DNA of 64,000 nucleotides from Cyclobacteriaceae bacterium. Lineage in GTDB: Bacteria; Bacteroidota; Bacteroidia; Cytophagales; Cyclobacteriaceae. Shown here piece after piece: positions 9,460-18,187 of the stretch. The stretch lies in assembly GCA_965215825.1 (NCBI GenBank), contig CBDCEM010000002.1, positions 1,614,504 to 1,678,503 of the forward strand, in the 5' to 3' direction. The first letter of the stretch is position 1, and each line of letters begins with the position of its first letter. The notes below the pieces were generated by a model. It made no database searches. It saw only the letters and a list, made by a program, of their open reading frames with translations, and was not told the DNA's origin. The position numbers and the translations under genes were made by a program.

Positions 9460-12400
9460 TTACTCCGCTTTTTTTCTGCCACCCGAGCTCTTGCGTACAC
9501 TTACTTGTTTAACAGATTTGATCTGTTCTTCGATGGCTCTTAAACTGTCGGCGATATGGTCCATGCCCTCTGCCAATTGCGCGTTTTGCCCATAACCTTT
9601 TTGCTTTTGTTGTTTGGCAAAACGTTCCAAAATTAATTTCCAACGTTGTTGCTCACTGTCAGTCATGCTGTCAGTTAGTAGTTTAAAGCGAAGTAAGTTC
9701 GCTTCCGCATTGGAAGTTAGGGTCTGAGCTTCATTCTCATAATGCGAGTGGATCAAAGTATCTAACTCTTCTTCATTCATCATTGGGAGCAATTTCTCCA
9801 CAATCTTATTCATGTCGCGGTAAGAACCCTGTAATTTAAAGGAAGGCTCAATTCGGTATTCATCGGCCATAGCTGCAGATTCAATATAGAGCAGGTTCAC
9901 CTTTAGTACCACGTCTCTCACCTTCATCATGTGTTTTAGAACAGCAACATATTCCTGCAGCTCTTCAGCTGTATGATTGACTTCAAATTTCAAACCTTCA
10001 CTTGAGCCAGTTTCCGCCATTTTCAATACAGAATGAACATCGTCAAGGCTTCTTGCTGCCAACTTGCTTAATATTGGATTCGAGGTAAGTGAGTTTTCGA
10101 TGTAGCTCAATTTGAAAACTTCTGCCGAATCACCGATTACATCTCCCAGGTTGTACACATCCGCCCGGTTTGAAAGCATATCCGGAATTTGAAATTTATC
10201 TCCACTTTCTGTGTAAGGGTTGCCAGCCATAACCACACAGACCTTTTTGCCTCTGAAATCGTAAGTCTTGGTTTTCCCTTTGTAGACGCCTTCTATCTTT
10301 CGCTGCGCATCGCACATGGAAATGAATTTTTGTAAGAATTCTGGATTGCAATGCTGTATGTCATCCAGATAGATCATAACATTATTGCCCATTTCGAAGG
10401 ATAGATTGAGTTTTTGTAACTCCTCAGCGGACGCGGCATTGGGGGCGTCGGCCGGATCTACAGAAGTCACTTCATGTCCAATGGCAGGACCATTGATTTT
10501 CATGAAGATGACACCCAGTCGACTTGCGATATACTCCATAAGAGTCGTTTTGCCATAACCGGGTGGAGAAACTAGTAATAGCAATCCCATCAAGTCTGTT
10601 CTTTTACCTTCACCAGCTGTGCCAATTTGTTTGGCCAGGTTCGCGCCTATCAAAGGGAAATAGACCTTGTCAATGAGCTTGTTCCTGACGAAGGAGGACA
10701 GGACCCTTGGTTTGAAGCTCTCCAACTTTAGTTCATCACGATAAGTTCTGGTTAATTCTTTCTTGAGCGATTGAAATTCGGAGAACTTTGGAGCAACTTC
10801 CCGGTCATAAGTACTCAATCGTTCGAGGAATTCGTTCAAGTGAAATTGATACTTCCCCTCAGAAATGAGGGAGTGACTTCCTTTTAGCCCGTCAAGTGAA
10901 GCGACTAATGAAATATTGCTGACATACGAAGCATTATGATCCTGGAAGAGTGCGAGGTTTGCGACTTCATAAATCAGTTCCTTGGAGAAAGACTGGTCTT
11001 CATTGAGAAATGCATGTACCCAATGATGTACCATTCGGAGGGCCAGTAAGGGATTGTTTCTGAGCCCACTCAGCGATTGTTTAAATTTCGTTTCGGCCTT
11101 TTTCGTTTTTAGCGATTTTTGAAAAGCCGTAAAGCATTGATCAGCAGCGGCGCTAATGAGAAAGTGATCCTTAGTTGAAAGTTCTTCAAATAGATATCGA
11201 GAAGCTTCAGAAATTATATTTTCAGAAAGGTCAACCGCTATTTGGCTCGCTCTTATTCCTTTTATGAGGTCTCCGATCAATCCTTCAAATTCCCTGGACC
11301 CTGGAAAAACAGATAAAATTATACCGGCTGATTTGATTTGATTGAGCAATGATTGCTGATCTTTTTCGGATATCAATGTGGTCCAATAGAATTTGGCGAG
11401 AGCTCTTGCCTGTCCACTGTACTTCAAAGTACCTGCCGCCCTTGACCTTTCAGCCAAAACATCTAAAATAAGTAGGGTGTCGAACTCATTAATTCCTTTG
11501 ACATACCCTTCTTCATAACGAGAAGTCATTACGGTTTGGATCAGATCTTTCCTGGCTTCTTCATTAAGATTCATGTAGGAACTCAGGTCGTGATCAGCCA
11601 AATTATCGATCATTGTCTGACCTTCGAGCGCCTGAAAAATCAAGTAAGCCAGATATTCCGATCGGTAGACGGCATCATTTTCTGAGATAAGCGTTTGATT
11701 CCAGAAACTACCAAGGTCGAGCAAACTCTCATGAGTAATAGGCTCGAAAAAGTCCGTACCAATTAAGTGGAAATGTGGCGTTTTTTGCTTGACGACCATG
11801 CTAAGGTCGAGGGCAAGATTGTTTGTGAAAAACTTGTGATTGCCCATGCTAATCACATTGTCGCCATCGGCAAAGAGGTCTTGTTGGTCACGAAGCTTTC
11901 TTTGAATTTCTTCTTTGATGGTCTTGAGTTGGCTCAGTAAATCATCGGATTTCACTGTATCCCCACTTTGGACCAACTGATCAGCTATACTTCGGACTTT
12001 CTCAACCATCAGATCGGCAGCAAAGTAGGCATTGATGGCATCCTTGGTTTTCAATGTCCCGGACTTATTGCGGATGGCTCCCATAACTCGTTCAGCGGCT
12101 TGAAACAATTGGTTGGCTTTCTTATTGCGCTGCTCGGTGAGATATAGCTTTCTCGCTTCAAACGCATTATATATTTCTTCGCGTTTGGCTGTGATCACTT
12201 CCAGAAACTCATCGAATTCAGAAAACTTACCTTCCAGTTCCTCTACCTGTACGATCAATTTGGTAAGGTACTCTTCGCATTTTTCCGGAGTGTCACAGAT
12301 GTCGAGGTAATTGGTGACTGATTGTTCCAGGAGTTTAACAGTGGCTGAAAATTCTGCTTTACCCTCAACTGAAAGTAGGGACTTCCTTTTATTGGCTAAG

Positions 12401-14442
12401 GTGGCCTTCACCTGATTGTAAGTGCTATAAATATCGGATATCAGCTCAATGATCCGGGTGGTTTGGGTCGCATCACTGATTTTTAAGTTACTTACTGTGT
12501 CGATTAGCAGGTCCAGTTCCGAAGCTACTTTTTCACCCTCGAGTTTGAGTTCATCCGCTTCTACAACTTTAGAAATTTTTTCAATCTTTTTTTCGAAATC
12601 GGTGACCTTCTCAACGAAGGGTGCGAGTGCATGGTCTTGCATCAGGAACCTAACACAAGACTGGGAAATGATGTCTGATGCTTCTGATAGCTCCCCGTCA
12701 AAAGTCTCCAACCTGGCGACATCCACATATCGCAGGTCTTTGGCACTAATGACTTCTCCGCGAATTTCCCGAACCTCCGCCAACAGGTCCACATACAAGT
12801 TGATATTGCCAAAAGAAGCTTTTGACTTCTTAATTACATCTGATTGTTTACTGGCAAGTTCTGCAACTCTTTTGAGAGAATTCTCTTTGATTTTACGAAC
12901 CTTCTCATATTCATCCACAGCAGATTCTGCCACTTGCCGGATGTCTTTTAGCGGGGTTGCCAGGTTGTACTGCTTCTCCTTTGCCAACCAATGGTAGCTG
13001 TCAATTACATCGGTTGATTTTTTGATTACATCGATGTACAGGTCCGCATAAATTTCTTCTTTATTGACAAGATTGATGATGTCCTGGCATTCGGCCATGG
13101 CTCTCACGACATCTTTGTTCCCTATTTTTTGAAGAAAGGAATCCGTTTTTTCAGTGACTTGAAAGTTGGGTCCGGTGAATGGTGTTTGCCAAATCTGGAT
13201 GGTATGGTGTTTTTTAGGCTCTTCATCTGCCCTGAAAACACACATTTCTCCATTCTCGAAAATGGTAAATCCATGACAGATGATCGGATTCTCTACCTTT
13301 TGTGCAATGATGTTGTAGTTCAGTAGAAGAAAAACACCTTGTGGACGGTTGTAGAAAACGTAGAGGAAATCTTCTCCATTCAATGAGGTAATTCTTCTTT
13401 CGAACAGCATGTCCTGCAGGTTGTAGTCAAACTGTTTGTGTTCCCCTGATTGCAGGTAGTAGCCATTACTGAAAATCAAACCATGGTCATCCGGTAAAAG
13501 GATACAGGAAGAACTGATGGCGTCAATGCGTTTGACTTCCTTAAGTTTTTCGTTGAAAACCAGGTATCGATCTTCCTCTTGATAGGGTTTGGCCTTGATC
13601 AGGATCAGGCTCCCAATCTCCGAAAATCCAAATTCACCATCGGCCAGTGTCTGTTGCTTGTTTTCAACATCCTCGCTGTAAATGCCTTCGCCATCTGCAG
13701 TATTGTCTTCGATTTTGACAGTGAGATCTCCGCCGACAGTTTCTACAAATACCCTGTCCTTGATAGAAATATGTGGATGTTCTCCTTCACGGAAATCCTC
13801 TCTCCGGGTACGAGTCCATTGAAATTCGTGTTGTACGGGAAACTTGTATTCATGGTCACTTCTATTGTCGACATATACGAGCTCGGAGTTTTTCAACTCC
13901 CATTTAAAGGTTTTGATGTCACTGACGTCTTGCCCAATTCGGAAGACCATGTGAAGGAATGGGCCAACTGTTGCAAAACGAAGGAACTGCGTATGTTTGT
14001 AGTATTTATAGAGTTTTTGAAAGTCGTCAAGAAAAACCTGATCCTTCAGTAGATTTTCAAGTGGTAATTCATGAAAAGTTTGATCCTCTCGAAATTCGAA
14101 GTAGCTAAAAACATCTCCGGGTTTTAGTTCGCTTCGAAGGCCCACCAGCACATTATAACCAAATAAGAAATTGTTCCCAATGGCGTGCATATCCCATGGA
14201 ATGCAATTATTTGCTGTCGTAATCCGGTCGGTTGCTAATACCTTCGTTTCAATGGTTCCGAAGACTCGTTTGCGCTCTTCATTAAGTTGAGCAAGGGTAG
14301 ATTGAAGGGACTTGGAATTATTAAGAATGCGATTACGTAACAACTCGTAAGTGCCACCTTCTAATGCATTTTGTGGGTTTTCATCCGCCATAGATCTCTT
14401 CGTCTTTTTCGATAGTGTTTTGTCGTTTTCAGAATTTTGCAA
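9460..14442 (-). CDS. Giant (1660 aa) soluble protein with a central coiled coil and a C-proximal AAA+ ATPase core (MoxR/AAA_5-like)
   Basis: Walker A LLLVSPPGYGKTTL at nt 10540-10572 (reverse-complement), Walker B-like VMIYLDD, and sensor-1 VVMAGNP...PDMLSNRAD typical of AAA_5/MoxR-type modules. No TM helices. About 300 aa of heptad-like E/K/L-rich sequence precede the ATPase. It lies 99 bp downstream of, and co-directional with, a flotillin gene. Confidence 0.7.
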   Translation of the reverse strand: MQNSENDKTLSKKTKRSMADENPQNALEGGTYELLRNRILNNSKSLQSTLAQLNEERKRVFGTIETKVLATDRITTANNCIPWDMHAIGNNFLFGYNVLVGLRSELKPGDVFSYFEFREDQTFHELPLENLLKDQVFLDDFQKLYKYYKHTQFLRFATVGPFLHMVFRIGQDVSDIKTFKWELKNSELVYVDNRSDHEYKFPVQHEFQWTRTRREDFREGEHPHISIKDRVFVETVGGDLTVKIEDNTADGEGIYSEDVENKQQTLADGEFGFSEIGSLILIKAKPYQEEDRYLVFNEKLKEVKRIDAISSSCILLPDDHGLIFSNGYYLQSGEHKQFDYNLQDMLFERRITSLNGEDFLYVFYNRPQGVFLLLNYNIIAQKVENPIICHGFTIFENGEMCVFRADEEPKKHHTIQIWQTPFTGPNFQVTEKTDSFLQKIGNKDVVRAMAECQDIINLVNKEEIYADLYIDVIKKSTDVIDSYHWLAKEKQYNLATPLKDIRQVAESAVDEYEKVRKIKENSLKRVAELASKQSDVIKKSKASFGNINLYVDLLAEVREIRGEVISAKDLRYVDVARLETFDGELSEASDIISQSCVRFLMQDHALAPFVEKVTDFEKKIEKISKVVEADELKLEGEKVASELDLLIDTVSNLKISDATQTTRIIELISDIYSTYNQVKATLANKRKSLLSVEGKAEFSATVKLLEQSVTNYLDICDTPEKCEEYLTKLIVQVEELEGKFSEFDEFLEVITAKREEIYNAFEARKLYLTEQRNKKANQLFQAAERVMGAIRNKSGTLKTKDAINAYFAADLMVEKVRSIADQLVQSGDTVKSDDLLSQLKTIKEEIQRKLRDQQDLFADGDNVISMGNHKFFTNNLALDLSMVVKQKTPHFHLIGTDFFEPITHESLLDLGSFWNQTLISENDAVYRSEYLAYLIFQALEGQTMIDNLADHDLSSYMNLNEEARKDLIQTVMTSRYEEGYVKGINEFDTLLILDVLAERSRAAGTLKYSGQARALAKFYWTTLISEKDQQSLLNQIKSAGIILSVFPGSREFEGLIGDLIKGIRASQIAVDLSENIISEASRYLFEELSTKDHFLISAAADQCFTAFQKSLKTKKAETKFKQSLSGLRNNPLLALRMVHHWVHAFLNEDQSFSKELIYEVANLALFQDHNASYVSNISLVASLDGLKGSHSLISEGKYQFHLNEFLERLSTYDREVAPKFSEFQSLKKELTRTYRDELKLESFKPRVLSSFVRNKLIDKVYFPLIGANLAKQIGTAGEGKRTDLMGLLLLVSPPGYGKTTLMEYIASRLGVIFMKINGPAIGHEVTSVDPADAPNAASAEELQKLNLSFEMGNNVMIYLDDIQHCNPEFLQKFISMCDAQRKIEGVYKGKTKTYDFRGKKVCVVMAGNPYTESGDKFQIPDMLSNRADVYNLGDVIGDSAEVFKLSYIENSLTSNPILSKLAARSLDDVHSVLKMAETGSSEGLKFEVNHTAEELQEYVAVLKHMMKVRDVVLKVNLLYIESAAMADEYRIEPSFKLQGSYRDMNKIVEKLLPMMNEEELDTLIHSHYENEAQTLTSNAEANLLRFKLLTDSMTDSEQQRWKLILERFAKQQKQKGYGQNAQLAEGMDHIADSLRAIEEQIKSVKQVSVRKSSGGRKKAE

Positions 14443-14541
14443 GCCAGGATTGAATATCCATCCTATGTTGCGCTAGAGCTGCTTTTACCTGCTCAACCAT
14501 GAATTGTTGGTCAACCAAATAAAAGCAGCGGGATCTTAAGA

Positions 14542-16707
14542 TCAAAGACCGAGTGTGCTGGCCTTTTGATCACTTACACCCAACACTTCGGCGATTGTGC
14601 CTAGATGCTTGAGAACCCCTTTGTCCTCGTCACTTCCGGCTTCATTCGCCAGTCTCAATAAGAGTGCTGAAATGCTCAGGTCTTTGATGTCATTCACTGA
14701 TACACCGAATTGACTAATGAATCCCTTTAACTTTTCCTTGAAATTTTGTCCACTACCCGTTTTGAAGAAGGTGTCTTTAACCTGGGTAAGTGTTTCACTG
14801 TTGTCCATCAATTTATCAATGGACTTGCCTTTGGTAATGGACCCAACAATCTGATCAAAGAACATGGTCTCTCCACCAACGATATCGATATTGGCCGCTT
14901 TCAATGCTTCGGCAATTACAGTTGCCTGAGACATGGCAATCTCTTTCTGAATATTGACTTTTGCCAATTCGATCTGACGATCTGTTTCCAATTTCAATTT
15001 GAACTCTTCGTGTGCACGTCCAACTTCATCAAGCACCTGCATGGCTTTAGCTTTTTCTTTAATGCCTTCTGCATCGGCCATTAATTTTTGCTTTAGCACA
15101 TTGGCTTCTGCAAGTCCTTTTTTCTCTTCAGCATCGGCTTTAAGGGAGATTACCTTGGCTTCGGACTGTCCTTGTTCCAGGTTGATCTTCGCTTTCACCT
15201 GCCCCAGCTCTTCATCTGCTTCCGCCTGAGCCAAACCTCTTTCTTTGATGCCCTTAGCTTCTGCCTCGGCCTGAGATTCGATCACTGAAGCCTGAGCCTC
15301 TCCTTCTTTCTCTTTTGCGGCGGCTTTGGCTTCCATTACCTGAGCTTCAGAAAGTCCGATTGCCGCGGCTTCCGCAGCCTGGGCTTCTGATAACGTTTTG
15401 ATGGCCTGGGCCCTGTGGATTGCAGCGCTTTCTTCCGCCTGCGCATCGATCACTGCTTGCTTAGCCAGGTGTTCAGAAGCTTCTTTTTTCGCTTCCGCAT
15501 CCTTGATCTCTCGAACCAGTGCTTCTTCCGCATCTTTCTCCGCCAAAGTAATGGCCACTTTTTTGGTTCGTTCAGCTTGAGCATTAGCCTCTATATCTTT
15601 CATGCGCTCCTTCTCTTCGACTACCGTCTTTTCAATGGTCACGCGTTCACGGATAACATCCTGAATGTTTTTCCGCTCTTCTTCAACCGCCTTCTCTTTT
15701 TCGATTTGTGCGATCTCAACAAATCGTTCTTTCTCTGTTACCTCCAGTTGCCGGGCCCGATCAACCTTTTCCGTTTCTACGGCATTAGTCCGCTCTTTAT
15801 TTTTCGCAGCTACCAGTACTTCACGGAGTTTGTTCTCTTCGGCTACCTGTATTTCTTCTTCAGTGGCGATCCTCGCACGCTCAGCTTTGAGCTTTTCTTC
15901 TTCCTGAATTTTCATGGTTTCGGCCTCTTCCCGCGCCTGAACCACTTCAATTTCTCTCTTTTGTTTAGCCTCCGCTTCTGCTTGTTGTCGCTCGAGTTCG
16001 AGTACGGTTTCTTTTGCTTCTACATCTTGTTTCGTCAGGGTCTTTTCTTTTTCCCGTTCGATGTAGTTGGCTTCCATTTTCTGATCAGCCGTCAACTTGA
16101 TGATCTTCTTGATACCTTCTGCATCTAAAATGTTGCGTTCGTCCAGCTCAGTAATTGGCGTTTGCTCCAGGTAGTCAATGGCACAGTCATCCAGAGCGTA
16201 GCCATTTAGATCGGTACCTATGGCATTTAATATTTCCTTTTTGAAAACATCCCGACTATTATAGAGATCAACGAATTCCATTTGTTTACCCACCGTCTTC
16301 AATGCTTCGGAGAATTTGGCGTCGAATAATAATTCAAGTGATTCTTGATGTGAGGCCCGAGTGCTTCCAATAGATTGAGCCACTTCTTTTACCTCATCTT
16401 CGGTTTGACTGACTCTGACAAAGAAAGTAACTTTGATATCGGCCCGCATGTTGTCCCTGCAGATAAGGCCTTCTTTACCAGTTCGGGAAATTACGATGGT
16501 TTTTAGTGTGATGTCCATCACTTCCAACTTGTGAAGTACAGGGACCACAAACATTCCATTAAATGAAACTTTCGTACCTCCTACGCCTGTTTTGATTAGG
16601 GCTTCCCCTTGAAGGGCTTTGCGATACATTTTGATGATTGCTGATAAAATACCGATAAAAGCAATTGTGATTACCACAGCTATTATCCAAAAAACGGGTC
16701 CTGCCAT
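14542..16707 (-). CDS. Flotillin-like SPFH/band-7 protein (YqiK/FloT-like) with a long E/A/K-rich coiled-coil tail
   Basis: N-terminal TM helix plus an SPFH domain (…GGTKVSFNGMFVVPVLHKLEVMDITLKT…). These are followed by about 350 aa of AEAEAKQKREIEVVQAREEAE-type repeats and a C-terminal flotillin-like region. 721 aa. Confidence 0.8.
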   Translation of the reverse strand: MAGPVFWIIAVVITIAFIGILSAIIKMYRKALQGEALIKTGVGGTKVSFNGMFVVPVLHKLEVMDITLKTIVISRTGKEGLICRDNMRADIKVTFFVRVSQTEDEVKEVAQSIGSTRASHQESLELLFDAKFSEALKTVGKQMEFVDLYNSRDVFKKEILNAIGTDLNGYALDDCAIDYLEQTPITELDERNILDAEGIKKIIKLTADQKMEANYIEREKEKTLTKQDVEAKETVLELERQQAEAEAKQKREIEVVQAREEAETMKIQEEEKLKAERARIATEEEIQVAEENKLREVLVAAKNKERTNAVETEKVDRARQLEVTEKERFVEIAQIEKEKAVEEERKNIQDVIRERVTIEKTVVEEKERMKDIEANAQAERTKKVAITLAEKDAEEALVREIKDAEAKKEASEHLAKQAVIDAQAEESAAIHRAQAIKTLSEAQAAEAAAIGLSEAQVMEAKAAAKEKEGEAQASVIESQAEAEAKGIKERGLAQAEADEELGQVKAKINLEQGQSEAKVISLKADAEEKKGLAEANVLKQKLMADAEGIKEKAKAMQVLDEVGRAHEEFKLKLETDRQIELAKVNIQKEIAMSQATVIAEALKAANIDIVGGETMFFDQIVGSITKGKSIDKLMDNSETLTQVKDTFFKTGSGQNFKEKLKGFISQFGVSVNDIKDLSISALLLRLANEAGSDEDKGVLKHLGTIAEVLGVSDQKASTLGL

Positions 16708-16741
16708 AATGTAGATGTTTAGTTATTTATGTTATAAACTT

Positions 16742-17317
16742 TTAAGGTTGTGTGTTAAGTGTGTCTTTTAATTCTTTCAAGTGATGAATGGCCACATCAT
16801 CAAGGGAAAAACCATTCAAATCGACTCCAATGGTTTCCATAATTTCCATTTTCAGCTCATCTACTTTTGACAATAAATCATCCAGATTACTTCGATAGAC
16901 TAACGTTAGAATTGCCTCTTCGAACTTTTTCCCAAAATTTCTTTCTATAAATTCAGGACTGCTCACATCGCCACCTCCAAATGTTTGCGCGACCTCTTTT
17001 ACGTCATCTTCCGTCTGATTGATCCTAAGGTAGAATAAGACTTCTATTTCCAGTTTTCGACCGTCTTTGGTTAAAATTGCGTCATCGTTTCGTCTGCTTA
17101 CTTCATAGGACTTTATTGTTATGTCCAGTCGCTCCAGGTGATGAATAACTGGTGTCACAAACATTCCACTGAATGAAACCTTAGTACCTCCAATTCCTGA
17201 CCTGACTAGCGCTTCACCTTGTTTGGCCTTTTGATACATTTTGATGATCGCTGACATTAAGCCGATCATGACTGTCATGGCTACGAATACTACGATATAA
17301 TAGATAGGACCTGCCAC
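16742..17317 (-). CDS. Short SPFH-domain protein (paralogue of the flotillin N-terminus)
   Basis: 191 aa. Residues 1-115 align almost position-for-position with the N-terminus of the 721-aa flotillin (MAGPIYYIV…GGTKVSFSGMFVTPVIHHLERLDITIK… against MAGPVFWII…GGTKVSFNGMFVVPVLHKLEVMDITLK…). Confidence 0.7.
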   Translation of the reverse strand: MAGPIYYIVVFVAMTVMIGLMSAIIKMYQKAKQGEALVRSGIGGTKVSFSGMFVTPVIHHLERLDITIKSYEVSRRNDDAILTKDGRKLEIEVLFYLRINQTEDDVKEVAQTFGGGDVSSPEFIERNFGKKFEEAILTLVYRSNLDDLLSKVDELKMEIMETIGVDLNGFSLDDVAIHHLKELKDTLNTQP

Positions 17318-17943
17318 TATGCGTATGGTTCTACGTAATAAAATTTTTCTACCTCATTTTGTTCGATCACCAGGCCTTTTTCTCCTTTAGCAATGGTTAA
17401 TCCGTTTCGGGTTTTGGCATTGATCAATACCGAAGTTCCATTCACTTTAATCTCTGCCTGGCTCAATGAACTGTCGGAAATAGGCAGTTTTGCAATGCAC
17501 AATTGACCTACTATATATTTCACCGCTTCTGTATCTTGACGAATTTTTCTATAAAATTTAGCAATAGGGATAGTTAGAAATTTCGCGACAAACAGGCTTC
17601 CAATAAACAATGGAACAAATGTGATCAATCCGGGCAAAAGACTTTGAATGCCAAAGAAATCGTTGACTAATATGGTGGATACCCACAGGGGCAATGAGAA
17701 GAAAGTGATGAATATCATCAAAGGCATGTGCCCAATATTGAAGAAGGATAATACCGATGCAAGCCCCCCAATTTCAACCTCGACATCCATATCCGCGTCA
17801 ACGTCCAGGTCCAAATCTACGTCCACGGTATCTACATCTATAACTCCCAGAATTACTATTAACCAGTAGATAATGACAAAAATCATGAGAACCGTAGGTA
17901 TTACGTTGATCCCAGTAATTGAAAAATCCAAGAGTTCAAGCAT
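17317..17943 (-). CDS. NfeD/YqiJ-like membrane protein (flotillin-associated)
   Basis: 208 aa. It has an N-terminal TM pair, an unusual acidic DVDTVDVDLDLDVDADMDVEVE tract, two more TM helices and a C-terminal soluble beta-rich domain. Its stop overlaps the start of the next SPFH gene, giving the classic NfeD-SPFH operon logic (compare yqiJ-yqiK). Confidence 0.55.
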   Translation of the reverse strand: MLELLDFSITGINVIPTVLMIFVIIYWLIVILGVIDVDTVDVDLDLDVDADMDVEVEIGGLASVLSFFNIGHMPLMIFITFFSLPLWVSTILVNDFFGIQSLLPGLITFVPLFIGSLFVAKFLTIPIAKFYRKIRQDTEAVKYIVGQLCIAKLPISDSSLSQAEIKVNGTSVLINAKTRNGLTIAKGEKGLVIEQNEVEKFYYVEPYA

Positions 17944-18041
17944 AAGTCGGTCTGTTTAAGTTCAAGGTATTGGTCAATTGCTTTTTTCCAGAGTAAAAAT
18001 CGTTGTTTCGACGATTGTTAAGGGACCCCTAAAATAACGAT

Positions 18042-18058
18042 TTTGCAAAATTTGCAAA
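18042..18058. promoter_or_regulatory. Tandem self-complementary TTTGCAAA boxes upstream of the NfeD-SPFH-ATPase operon
   Basis: TTTGCAAAaTTTGCAAA lies about 100 bp upstream of the start codon at 17943. Each 8-mer is palindromic. Confidence 0.3.
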
Positions 18059-18187
18059 TCGAACCTTAGCTCTTTTTTCTGTGGTCAGGAAAAATCATCT
18101 TCCTATATAGGGAACAATTGATAATATCAACGAAGAGCAAAGACAAAAGTTTCAGCAAACGCTGTAAATATTAGCAGCGCTAATTAA

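Noticed and set aside
12113-16128. Many plus-strand ORFs of 60-237 aa inside the giant ATPase and flotillin genes (for example 12449..12997, 13579..14052, 15415..16128).
   Set aside because: They are antisense to long, motif-rich minus-strand genes. Their low-complexity S/F/L-rich translations are typical of shadow ORFs opposite GAA/AAG-rich coding DNA.
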